From assembly GCA_025558095.1 (NCBI GenBank), contig JAIVFI010000013.1, positions 558,001-622,000 of the forward strand: a stretch of DNA of 64,000 nt, read 5' to 3'. The translations under genes were made by a program, and so were the position numbers. The notes under the pieces were generated by a model. The model ran no database searches. It was not told where the DNA came from and worked only from the letters and a program-made list of their open reading frames with translations. Positions 1-10,336 of this stretch are shown in pieces (positions within the stretch are counted from its first letter, which is position 1; each line of letters opens with the position of its first letter). Source of the stretch: Hyaloraphidium curvatum SAG 235-1. Lineage: Eukaryota > Fungi > Monoblepharomycota.

Positions 1-790
1 CATCCACTCTTGCATCCGAAAGCAGGAGCTTCACAACGTCCGTGCTGTTCGCTCTGCACGCCTCGTGGAATCCTGTTTCACCGGCAAATTCGTCCTGTGC
101 ATTGACATCCACACGTGCATCGGCCAGCAGGAGCTTCACGACATCACTGCGATTCCACGAGCAGGCCTTGTGGAAGCCCGTCGCGTTCCGGGTCGGAAGT
201 ATCCAGCCAGACCTGTCCTTGGCGTTGACGTCCACCCTCGGGTCCTCGAGCAGGAGCTTCACGACATCCACATGGCCTTGCACGCATGCTCTGTGAAATC
301 CTGAGGAGGAGACATTGACTCGTTCATCGGCCAACAAAAGCTTCACGACATCCGCAAAGCCGTTTCCACAAGCATTTTCAAATGCAGACGTGAGAGACTC
401 GCTGCTCGCTGAGGACCTCGGGTCCGCCAGCAGAAGCTTCACAACCTCCCCATGGCCCATAATGAATGAGTCGTCCAACGCCGTCATCCCCCATTTGCCC
501 CGTGCTGCACTGACATTAACCCTGTCGTCTGCAAGCAGGACCTGCACAACGTCCGCGTGGCCGGCTTGACACGCGTAGTGGAGCGCCGTCTTGTCGTCGA
601 TGCTGTTCCTCGCGTTCACGTCCAAGCCCGGTTTCGCGAGCAGATGGCCGACCCAAAACGCGTTCCCGGAGCTGCACTGGAGCCACAGCTGGTGCTCGTC
701 CCTCCATCGAGCCTCCACTTTCCACCGCCAGAGTAGCACCATCGCCGCGCCGAGGAACGCAGCGAGCAACAACTCCAGGATTCGGGACAT
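1..790 (-). CDS. Ankyrin-repeat protein with hydrophobic N-terminus (3' end runs off the window)
   Basis: Manual translation from ATG 790: MSRILELLLAAFLGAAMVLLW, then repeated TALHYACQAGHADVVQVLLAD / TGFHKACSWNRSDVVKLLLADARVDVNA ankyrin units. Frame open to position 1. Confidence 0.85.
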   Translation of the reverse strand, partial: MSRILELLLAAFLGAAMVLLWRWKVEARWRDEHQLWLQCSSGNAFWVGHLLAKPGLDVNARNSIDDKTALHYACQAGHADVVQVLLADDRVNVSAARGKWGMTALDDSFIMGHGEVVKLLLADPRSSASSESLTSAFENACGNGFADVVKLLLADERVNVSSSGFHRACVQGHVDVVKLLLEDPRVDVNAKDRSGWILPTRNATGFHKACSWNRSDVVKLLLADARVDVNAQDEFAGETGFHEACRANSTDVVKLLLSDARVD

Positions 791-1311
791 AGCGGTTCCG
801 TCCGCCGCGGCCCCGCGGCCCCGCGGCCCCGCGGCCGTGGCAAGAACGATGTGCCGGCCCGCGCGCGCGATTATTTCTCTCGCGCAGGAGACGGACGGCA
901 GGGCGCCGACGAGCAGTCCGGGCTCGACGGGGTGCGCACGGCCGTTTCGCGGGAAAACCGCGCCTCAAAGCTGGCATGGCGCACGTGGAGTTGCGCGCAC
1001 GGACGCGATCCGCGGCACAAATCCCGGCCTGGACAGTGGGAAAGTGTTTCGGACCTTGCGGTCAGGTGCTCGGGGTCGCGATGCTCGGGATGCGCTGGGT
1101 GGGGCTGTCGGAATGTTGGGCGGAGCGTGTCGCCGCGCGCGGACGCGGCCGTTTCCCCGGCCGGGAATCAATTGCAGTCCGTCACCTCGGTAGTTTAGGG
1201 CTCGGAAGGCGTGGTCAAAGGAATCGGGACTTGCCGTCGCATCGGGGACGGGATCGACGGCGAGCCTCGCCGGCCAGCGATGGTCCGCGTCTTTCGACCG
1301 GAACGAATCCC

Positions 1312-1480
1312 TTCCGGATCCGGGCGGATCGCTTCTCCATCATCATCCAGTGCATTCTAGAGACGGGCCCGCTTGATCACGCCGCCATCCTTGCGAGAGA
1401 TCGAGGGATTGAGGGACGGTGGGGATCGCAGCGACAGCCGCAGCCCTGCTTCTCTCCTCGTGGGACGCGACCCGTTAGCC
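1312..1480 (+). repeat. Diverged direct repeat of ~3330-3510 (sequence upstream of the EamA gene)
   Basis: Shared blocks ccggatcc(c/g)ggcggatcg, gatcgagggattgagggacg and gtgggacgc occur in the same order at both sites. Confidence 0.7.
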
Positions 1481-1549
1481 CGTGACTGCTAGATGTTGGT
1501 AATAAAGATCTTCGCCGGACTCGGCCAGCTCGGGCGTGCTGGTGATTCG

Positions 1550-3040
1550 CTACAGCTCTTTCCGCAGCGCGCGCTCGGGCCCCTGCAGCTCCAGCTCCTC
1601 CTTCTTCAGCTCCAGCTCGCTCTTCTTCGCCGCGAGCTCCTTCTTGGCGGGCTCCGCCCCGCGCGCGAGGATTTCCGCCTCCTTCTCCTGCGGCCCGTCC
1701 GCCCGCTTCCGGGCGGCGATCTCGTCGAGCTTGGCCTGCACGAGCTTCCTGATCTCCGGCGGCCCGACGTCCGCGGCGGATTCGCCCGCCTTGTTCCGGA
1801 TGGTCATGTCCACGCGGTCCGTGCGGTCCAGGAGGTCGCGGACGACGTCCCCGTGCCCCTGGCGGCACGCGTGCACGAGGCCCGTGTCGCCGCCGGCGTC
1901 GACGGCGTCGGCGTCGACCCTTTTGTCCGCAAGCAGGAGGTCGACCACCTCCCGGAGCCCCTGGTAGCATGCCACGACAAACGCGGTGGGCCCGTCGAGC
2001 CCGATCAGCGCCGCCAGCATCGCGTCGAAAGCCCCGCCGTTCGGACCGTTCGGATCGATGCGCGCATCGCCCAGGAGGAGCCCCACCAGATCCGGCTTCT
2101 TCGCGAGGACCGCCGCGACCAATCCCGAGGGCCCCTGGCCGTCCCCCAGGAACGCCTCCGCGGCCCGGGGATGGGCGAGCAGGAGCTGCACGACGTCCGC
2201 GTGCCCGTTCAGGCTCGCGTAAGGGAACCCCGTGGCCCCGTCGTTGTCCCTCGCACCGACGTCGACCCGCGGATCCGCAAGGAGGAGCCGTACGATGTCC
2301 GCCCTGCCGTTGCGGCAGGCATCGTGGAGCGCCGTCTGGCCCGCGCCGTTCCTTGCGTTCACGTCGACCCTCCGGTCCGCCAGGAGCAGCCGTACCACCT
2401 CGGCGCTGCCGGCTGGAGAGCAGGCAATGTGGAGCGCCGTGGACCCCGCCCCGTCCTTGGCGTTCACGTCGAACCTGCCGTCCCCGAGCAGAAGCCGCAC
2501 GGCGCCGGCGTTGCCGGAAGCACAGGCCTCCTGGAAACCGGTCCACCCGCCGCCCGTTTTCGCCGACACGTCGACCCTGGGGTTGCCCAGCAGCAGCCGT
2601 ACGATGTCCACCTTGTTCGGAGGGCACGCGCGGTACAGCGTCCGCACTTTTGCGAGGACGCCGGCGGCGCCGTAGGATTCGTCGAGGTCGGCCGCGGCCG
2701 CGGCGGCCAGCCTGTAATGATCCCGGCAGGCGTGGTGGAAGCCCGTGGAACCGTCCGGCCCCTTGGCGTCCGGGTCGATCGCGGGGTCGTCCACCAGCAG
2801 CCGCACCACGTCGATGTGGCAATGCCGGCACGCCAGGCGGAAGCATTCCCCCCATTTGCGCCGATCCGAAGCGGCAGCAGGGTCCCCGAGCGCGCCGCCG
2901 ACGAATGTAGAGTCGCCATTGCGGCACGCATGCCGGAGCTTGTCCTGCGGCACGGGCCCCCCGTCGTTTTGGTTCCGTTGGATGAGCACGGCATCTGCAC
3001 CGAGCAAGGCGGCAAGCACCACGACAAGAATGCGGCTCAT
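1550..3040 (-). CDS. Ankyrin-repeat protein with hydrophobic N-terminus and C-terminal coiled coil; tandem paralog of 1..790
   Basis: ATG 3040 gives MSRILVVVLAALLGADAVL. About 9-10 ankyrin units (e.g. GQTALHDACRNGRADIVRLLLADPRVDVGARD) and a K/E-rich tail. Confidence 0.88.
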   Translation of the reverse strand: MSRILVVVLAALLGADAVLIQRNQNDGGPVPQDKLRHACRNGDSTFVGGALGDPAAASDRRKWGECFRLACRHCHIDVVRLLVDDPAIDPDAKGPDGSTGFHHACRDHYRLAAAAAADLDESYGAAGVLAKVRTLYRACPPNKVDIVRLLLGNPRVDVSAKTGGGWTGFQEACASGNAGAVRLLLGDGRFDVNAKDGAGSTALHIACSPAGSAEVVRLLLADRRVDVNARNGAGQTALHDACRNGRADIVRLLLADPRVDVGARDNDGATGFPYASLNGHADVVQLLLAHPRAAEAFLGDGQGPSGLVAAVLAKKPDLVGLLLGDARIDPNGPNGGAFDAMLAALIGLDGPTAFVVACYQGLREVVDLLLADKRVDADAVDAGGDTGLVHACRQGHGDVVRDLLDRTDRVDMTIRNKAGESAADVGPPEIRKLVQAKLDEIAARKRADGPQEKEAEILARGAEPAKKELAAKKSELELKKEELELQGPERALRKEL

Positions 3041-3516
3041 CGCGATGTTCCGCAACGCCTCGCTGCGACGGAGGGCAGGTGAAGGCCTGTGGCGCCGGAC
3101 TTGAGTCAGGCGTCGGGTGTTTGGCTCCGGGCCGGCCGGCGGGCCCGGCTGAGCCACGAACCCAATCCCACGGATTCCTCAAGCTCGACATTGGGATATG
3201 GACCGCTTGCCGAAAGCTTCGGGATCACTCGTTGGATCCCCTGTGCTTCTTTGGCCGTGCTTGTCCGGCCCGTCCGACGGAAGCACATGCTCGGGCACCC
3301 CCCGGGTGCGCGTTTCGGGAGCGAATCCGCTCCGGATCCCGGCGGATCGCCTTCTCCAACGTCCACTTGGTGCTCTCCGCGATGGAGCTGCTTGGCTTTG
3401 CCACCGAGCGTGCCAGGGATCGAGGGATTGAGGGACGCTGGGGACGGGGTCTGCGGCGCCGCAGCCGCACCGCAAGCCAACTTTCTTCTGGTGGGACGCA
3501 CCCCGTCCCTCCCACG

Positions 3517-4710
3517 ATGACCGCGGGAGGCGAGGGCGACGCGGCGGCCGGCACCCGCGCGGCGCTGCTCTCCGCGGCGGCGCACACGGCCATGTCCGCG
3601 TGCCTCAAGGCGCTGCTGGGCGGCGGCGCGGCGGGCGCGGGGTCCCTCGGCGTGCCGCGCAGCGCGCCGGCCCTCGCGCTCGTGCGCTCCCTCGCGGCGC
3701 TCGCCGTGCTCGCGCTGTTCGTCTACGCGCCGCGCCCGGCGTGGCTCGCGGTGCCGCGCCCCGCGCGCACGCTGTTCCCCGCCGGCGCGCGCGCGCTGCT
3801 CGCCGTGCGCGCCGCGCTGGGCGGCCTGGCGAACCTGTCGCACTTTGCCGCCGTCTCGCGGCTGGACCTCGGCGTGGCCGCCGTGCTGGGCGGCCTCGGC
3901 CCGCTGATCGCCGCCGCCGCCGGCTGGGCCCTCCTGGGCGAGGCTCCCGCGCGGCACGACCTGATGGGCATGGCCTGCGCCTTTTCCGGCGTCTGGCTCA
4001 TCTCAGGCATGCCGCTACCGTTCGCCGGCAGCAGCCCCCGCGCGGCACCCGCGGTCGGCGTCGCCCTCGCCGTCCTCGCGTCGGCCGCCAAGTCGCTCGG
4101 CGCGGTGCTGGTCCGCATGCTCGCCCGCCGCCAGGGCGACCGGATCCACCCCCTGCACCTGGTCTCGGCCTACTCGATCGGCACCGCGGCGGTGGGCACC
4201 CTCGTGCTCCTCGTGCAGCCCACCCCGCCGCCCTCCCCGGGGGTATCCCCCCGCGAGCTCCCCCTCCTCGCCCTGCTCGCCCTGTCCGGGTTCGCCACGC
4301 AGCTCGCGCACGTCGTCAGCCTCTCCCACTTGCCCGCACACCGCGCCCTCCTCGTGACCTCGGCGCAGGCGGTCGCCGGCTTCGCCGCGCAGGTGGCCTT
4401 CTGGGGCACCTGGCCCGACGCAAGGACGGCGCTGGGCGGGCTGTGCGTGGTGGCGGGGGTGGCGATGGCCAGCGGGGCGGGGAAGAAGGGGTTCAAGGGG
4501 GAGAGGGAGAGGGGGGAGAACGGGCACGTTTTAGGGGTGGAGAACGGGCACGCAAAGGGGGAGGAGGCCAAGCTGGTCGCGCCGGCGGCGACGTTCGTGC
4601 CGCCGCAACTCGGAGGGGACAAGGAGACGGAGGCGCCGCTGGTCGTCGTCGAGCACGGGAGGCCGCATTCGGCGGATCCGGGGAGGGAGGAGAAGGAGGC
4701 CGTGGAGTGA
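3517..4710 (+). CDS. EamA/DMT-family drug-metabolite transporter
   Basis: About 10 hydrophobic helices in two repeats; RAALGGLANLSHFAAVSRLDLG, PLIAAAAGWALLGE and FWGTWPDARTALGGLCV are typical of EamA proteins. Confidence 0.8.
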   Translation: MTAGGEGDAAAGTRAALLSAAAHTAMSACLKALLGGGAAGAGSLGVPRSAPALALVRSLAALAVLALFVYAPRPAWLAVPRPARTLFPAGARALLAVRAALGGLANLSHFAAVSRLDLGVAAVLGGLGPLIAAAAGWALLGEAPARHDLMGMACAFSGVWLISGMPLPFAGSSPRAAPAVGVALAVLASAAKSLGAVLVRMLARRQGDRIHPLHLVSAYSIGTAAVGTLVLLVQPTPPPSPGVSPRELPLLALLALSGFATQLAHVVSLSHLPAHRALLVTSAQAVAGFAAQVAFWGTWPDARTALGGLCVVAGVAMASGAGKKGFKGERERGENGHVLGVENGHAKGEEAKLVAPAATFVPPQLGGDKETEAPLVVVEHGRPHSADPGREEKEAVE

Positions 4711-4903
4711 TGATGGAGGCGGACATGGAGGAGGCCGGACGGGATGGATGGGTGAGTGGGACGCGATCAGAACGCTACTGCATGGGGGCTGTAGATGGTG
4801 TGATCCAGAACTAGAATGATGATCCAGAAGGGAACAGTCTAGATCTTCAGTCGACCCACGTGTCCGGGATTCGCTCCACGGCTCGCCCACGTGGGCGAGG
4901 GAT

Positions 4904-7900
4904 TCACATGCCCAACAAGGTTGCCGTTGCAGCGCCTATAGGCAGAACCTCGGCCTTCTTCGCCAACTCTAGAACCTCTTCCTGCTTCTCCTCCGGAAGC
5001 GCATTCAGCCACCCCTGAAGCTCCTCTTGGGCCTTGATTCTCCGCTCCCTCCGCGTGCGAATCTGTTGTACCACGTCCGCTGGGAAGGTAGCCTCCAGAT
5101 CCCGCACCTCCCATCGCCAGATCGACAACGGCTGTGGTCCGGTGCCATTTCGCTGCACCCCATAGTTCTTCCTCTCCGCAACGGAAGAGATGGCTTCCGC
5201 AACCACAGATGCAGACAGGTACGGCGGTGTCGGCGCTAGTTGGGGAGCTCAGAGGCGCTCGCTGGGCTTCGGATGCGAAACCCACGGTCATGCGACTCCT
5301 CCTCCTCGTAGGCACAGAGTTTCCTGAGCACTTCCTTTGCCAGCACCTCCCTGCTGGTCGTTTTGTCCTGGACCAGCCTGCCCAGCAGCGGCAGCCACTG
5401 CTCCGGAAACGTTGCGGCTGATTCAGTCTGCGTCCCGCTGAACTCCAAGAAGGTGAACATATCTTCGTGCGGGAACCTGTGAGTCGCGCGGTAGCAGAAC
5501 CAATGCACGCGAGGTGGGAACCTTTCAGGTTGTACGGAGCTGATCCGTAATCCACCTTGCTCTCTTTGAAGATGACCCTCCCATTCTCCACTTGCGCCGC
5601 CGTCGACTCCAGGATAGCCTCGTGAACAGGCGCGCGGCCTCTCTCCGCGCTCTTGCCGTCGCCGGGAGCCCGCCCTGCCCGCGTTTCGGCCTTGGTTTGC
5701 CGGCGGTGTCTTCTCTGCATCTCCTTCAACCTCTCTGCTAACATGCCAGGATCCTTGACTGTCGCGCAAAGCCGCTCAACCAACGAGATACCAATCTTCT
5801 CTACGTCCAGCTGGAACGCTTCCATCGGGGAGGCTCTGCCTTCGATCGCGGACAGGAGCGCGCGGGCGCCATCGTCCCCGATCGAGTTCTTGCGGAGGTC
5901 CAGAGATGTCAGTGCCGAGCTCTCCTTCAACCCCTCTGCGAGCGCCACGGCGCCCTCGTCCCCGATGGCATTCCCGCCGAGGTCAAGGTTGGTCAGCGTC
6001 GAGTTGGCCTTGAGCGCCTCCGCCAGCGCGCGTGCGCCGCGGACCCCAATCTTGTTGGCGGCCAGGTTGAGGGTGGTCAACGCCGAGTTGACCTTTAGCG
6101 CCTCTGCGAGTGCTTGCGCACCGTCATCCCCGACCTTGTTGCTGGCCAGATACAACGTGGTCAGCGTCGAGTTCGCCCTCAGCGCATCCGCCAGCGCGAG
6201 GGTGCCGCCATCCCCGACTTTGTTCGTGTTTAGGTCAAGGCTGGTCAGCATCCAGTTTGATTTCAGCGCCTCGGCAAGCGCGCGGGCGCCCTCGAGCCCG
6301 ATGGAGGTCGCGCTCAGGTGCAGGGTGGCCAGCGACGAGTTCCCGTTTAACGCCTCTGCGATTGCGCGAACGCCCTGGTCTCCGACGCGTTCAAAGCTCA
6401 GATTTAGCTCCTTTTGCTTTGCCAGCTCGGCGCGCCAATCAGCCGGATCGTGAAGAGACACAGAGGGAATGCGCGCCCGAACTCGTACAACTTCGAGATC
6501 AAAACGCGGGGTGCCAGTGACCGGGATGCACGCCACGCCCAGGTGGTGATTTGCCCAGTAGAAGTCAAGTCCGGCGACGGAGCGCTCAGTGCCACAGCGG
6601 CAGCAGCCCGACAGGAAGCCCTTGTCGCCCGGCGGGCGGCGCAGCAGGTGATGCACGATGAGGCCCCGCCAGTCCCTGTACACTTCGAGTTGGTCGATTG
6701 GCAGAGGCCGCAGCTGCGGGAGGGAGCCGGATGGCGCGTTGGCCAGCGCTTCATCGACCCGCTTGCGGTCGGCAGCGCTAAGGCTCGCTACCGTGGCCCA
6801 CCCGCGGCCCGCGGTGCGGGGCGCCGCATCGTCCGAGGACGACGAGTCGCGATTCGCCGCGGACACCGCGATGCGTTTGCTACCTAGGTGAATTCCCTTC
6901 TTCTCTGCAAGTTTGCTGCTTGAGTACGCTTCCTCATCACTGGCAAACAAAGATTCCGAGTCGGAGCTCCCCGAAACGTACGAGCTCCCGTCCGAGCTCC
7001 CTGTGTAGACCGAGCTCCTCGAAGGCGAGTCACGCGTTGAAGAGTCCACTGGTACCGGACCGAGATGAAACGCAATATTGTCCACTGCACCCGGATCAAC
7101 GTTGTAGCTCCTGAGCACGGCTTCCTTCACGAATCCAAACACCATCTGATGCGGGTCGCGAAGCACCAGGCCCGGCGTGTCGTACAGCCGCGGCCTTGAG
7201 GGGAAGAGTAGCCGAACGACCGACAGGGCAGTATCTCTGTAGCTGCCACAGGTCCTGTACAGCTCCAGCAAGAGGTCCGTAGCCGTCCACGTCCCGTGGC
7301 TCCCTTCCCACGTTCGTCCATCCGAGAAAGCCATCTCGAGCCGGTACTCCCCAGTGAACAGGTCCTCCATGTACGATGCCAAAGGATAGATCTGCTGAAG
7401 GGTGTCTTGGTTCACCAAGTCGCGCGAGTGCTTCTGGAACTGTCCCTTCACGCTTTGTCGGATCACGTTCTCTATCGTAGAGGATGACTTCAGACGTGGC
7501 CTCTGGACCGGCATGGCGTTAGACGCCTCGCAGGACCGGGAAACTCAACTCACAAGCTTAAAGACGTCCAAATCAAACTCGACTCGGCCTCGCCCAAGAT
7601 TCATTCGCCGCGGTCTCTGAACCAATGGACCTTCCGTCGGCTCATTGCTCTGTGCGTGGCGCGCGGCGGCCGTTGCATCCGCCGTCTCCAAAAAGATCCG
7701 ATACTCCACGCGGTCCAGGAGCGCGGGCCACGTGAAGCTCTTCTCTTGGCGGTCGAATCGCTTCCAAAGCTCCTCCGCGAGTACAAAAGTGAACAGGCAC
7801 CCGTACGCCTTCTCACCGTGTTGAGCGGCGAATCCGAGGATCACATTGTCCCTGTCCACGTCGAATGGTCGGTCTTCCGTGCCCATGGATCCGCGACAAC

Positions 7901-9545
7901 AATCAAGGAGCACGACCACGAGACCGCGGTGGTCTTCCGGAATCTGGGAGACAACATCGCGTTCCAAATCAACTGTGTTGTGGTCAGCTAGAAGCGTGGT
8001 GTCCCCAGGAGCCGCGGAGACTCCTTCAAACACGAAGCGGCCCTGGCGATCCCCGCCATGCCCAACAAAATGGATGACTGATGTCCCTCGAGTATAACGC
8101 AAGCTCGAAAGCGCAGGACGAGTTGTCGCTCGGATAGCTTCGGCCGTCCAATCAGAGTGCGAACCGTTCGAAGGCAGTTCCGAAAACCCATAGAACGACG
8201 CCAGCACGATGCGCAGCAAATCAGCGCTCTCCAATGCCATGGGCAAGTTCTTTGGATGATCTGCCGGTCCAAAAGCGCCGTTGGCCACCTGCAGCACAAT
8301 GCGATTCACAGGAACTCCTGTCTCCTCGCTGGAATCGCTCGTGCTGGTCACCGCGATATCCGGGGCAGGAGCTGATTCGGTACGCGCAGGGGAGCTGAAA
8401 GAAGCTTGATTGCCAGCAAGGGTCGCTGCCGAATGCGAGTGGCTCGGGGCACTGAGGCTTCCAATGTCGGGAGCCGATGCGGCGGGACCGGAAGCCGCGT
8501 TCGAGATATCCAAGGTGCGTTGCTCAGGTCCAAGAAGCTCATCAACAACGTCGGCGAAGGAAGGGCGTTCGAACCGATCAATCTTGGCGCAGGCCGCCAT
8601 TAGACGCCACGTTTGGTCGTCGTTCGCGATCTCGTACGGACGGGTGAAGGGTAGGTCGCTCAATGAACAACGAACCACGTCCTGGAGTAAAGGAGTAAGC
8701 TCCCGCGACACCAGACTCCCAGCTACGTACCACGTTCGGACGCCCTCCGCACGACATCTCGTACGCGATCACGCCGAAGCTGTACACATCAGCAGGCTTG
8801 TCCCGCTTCGCCGGTGGTCTCCGCAGCGCTTCCGGGGGCATGTAGGATTCGGTGCCCGCGGCCGACGTCCCAGCGAGGTTGCGCAAAGTCGACAGGCCGA
8901 AGTCTGCAATCTTGTACATGCCGTCGCGGATCAAAATGTTGGCAGGCTTCAAATCGCAGTGCAAGACGCCCATCGAGTGAAGGTAAAGCATGCCCCGAGC
9001 CACCTGCAGCAGGCACTTGCGCCGCCCAGCCCACGGAAAAGCTTTTGCGCGCCCCACGTCCTCCAGTACCCTGTTCAGGTCCCCTCCATCGGCGAATTCT
9101 GACACCAGGGCGAGAGGTTCCAGGCAGTAGCCGTGGAATCGTAAAACTGAAGCCAGATCATGGGTCAGGAGGCGGCGCTGCGACGGCGGGGAAGTTCACC
9201 ATTGTCGTCGGACAGTCGCTGCCATATCTCGACTTCCTTCCTCAATGATTCTCGTAGCTCATCGTTCGAACGCGATTCCTTCAGCCTCTTGACCGCGACC
9301 GGAATGGCATGGCGAAGCTTGGCTCTATAGGCGACGGCGAAGGCACCCTCCCCAAGCTTCACGGGCTCCAGTTTCTCCATGTCCAACTTGATGTCCCCGC
9401 AGTATGATAAGAGGAAGCGAGGTCTTTTGATCCGGACGGGCCTCTCTGCACGTGTAGCGCCCGCTCCGGCCCCAGGCGGCGGTGGAGGGGAAAGCGCGTC
9501 GAGAGAGAGAGAACTCCCTCCATCACGGCCCAAATTGCCGGCCAT
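4904..9545 (-). CDS. Multidomain protein: TKL-type kinase + caspase-like C14 protease + domain X + Cys/His motif + RNI-like LRRs + CAF-1-large-subunit-like C-terminal domain (spliced)
   Basis: ATG 9545. Introns 9147-9199, 8682-8730, 7503-7553 (GTGAGT..CTAAC..CAG), ~5477-5535 and ~5236-5285 join the separate ORFs in frame. Kinase motifs GEGAFA, VAVK, HCDLKPAN, DFG, PPE, DVYSFG. Caspase motifs HFVGHGG and LLDCCRG. Seven 28-aa LRRs. Confidence 0.8.
5850..6410 (-). repeat. Seven 84-bp (28-aa) RNI/NLRC3-type leucine-rich repeats
   Basis: LTTLxLxxNxIGxxGAxALAEALKxNS repeated in tandem. Confidence 0.9.
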
Positions 9546-9899
9546 CGCAATGACCACAACAACGGCAACGGGCTCAGAGCCGCCCCGCGGGCCCGGAGGG
9601 CCCCGGCCGAGGAACGGGGAGGCGGGATTGATGGTCTCTACGCGCAAAGCGTCCTGAAGAGGGATCGACTCCAAGTCCCCTGTTCCATCGCCCTTCGCCG
9701 GGTGAGGAGGAGAGTTGATGCAATTTTCAGCTTGTTTTCTCATCCAACACTCAAGCAGGGCTTGAGATTGTTCCGACGACGTGCCCGGGCAGCGAGCTCG
9801 AGAACGGCGCACAGACGTTCGCGGAGCTTCTGCGTCGTCGAAAGTGCCGTAGCAGTAGATCGATCTGAGCTAGGACATACGTGGCAGACATGGACGCGG

Positions 9900-10320
9900 C
9901 CCTTGATTCAGCAGCTTTTACATAGCGTCGAGGATCGCCAACAGCCCATGCGCCACCTCGGCAGACTCCGGCTGCGCCGACAGGCCGAGCTCGCGCGGAT
10001 CGAAGGTATCTGGCCATGCCAGAGGAGTTCTGAGGCGGTCATGCCGAATGCATAAACGTCCGTTGTCGCTGTGCCCGGTCTAGGCGGCCTCGCAAAAGCT
10101 GGAAGTGACTGGTGGATCATTTCAGCGATTTGATGGAGCAACACACGCACGGATCCACCCACCCTCCTGCGCCACGGACACCGGCATTACTCCACCTGCT
10201 TGGTTGCAAGACTGCAGATGGCCCACCCCGACATCGTCCAAGAGATTGTTCTCGCTTGGGGTCGAGATCCACAACCGGATTCGGCCTCGAACGAAGGTGG
10301 TCCATCCCGAGCTCAACCCG
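9900..10320 (-). pseudogene. Decayed protein-kinase remnant
   Basis: Fragments TDVYAFGMTASELLWHGQIP (subdomain IX) and LLDDVGVGHLQS (aligns with LLKEVALGMAYLHS of the adjacent kinase) lie in different frames with stops. Confidence 0.5.
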
Positions 10321-10336
10321 GAAAGGGATGGAATGA

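Noticed and set aside
1377-3191. Long Arg/Gly/Pro-rich alternative-frame and antisense ORFs (also 19852-22008, 46317-48158, 56299-58518 and others)
   Set aside because: Shadow ORFs expected at this high GC; they overlap better-supported genes and carry no motifs.
4839-5500. C-terminal part of the 891-aa ORF as annotated (GSHLACIGS...GRLKI)
   Set aside because: Protein-like sequence continues in other frames via introns; this tail is read-through of intron and off-frame exon sequence.
7500-7560. Two-gene protease/substrate pair (gasdermin-like arrangement), suggested by the 30-bp gap between ORFs 7545-8711 and 4839-7514
   Set aside because: The gap is a canonical GTGAGT..CTAAC..CAG intron conserved in the paralog, so one fused gene is more parsimonious. 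Domain X is also too short for a gasdermin and shows no resemblance to one.
4904-9545. Classical NLR or ROCO protein
   Set aside because: No Walker A (GxxxxGK[ST]) NACHT, NB-ARC or Roc motif was found in either paralog.
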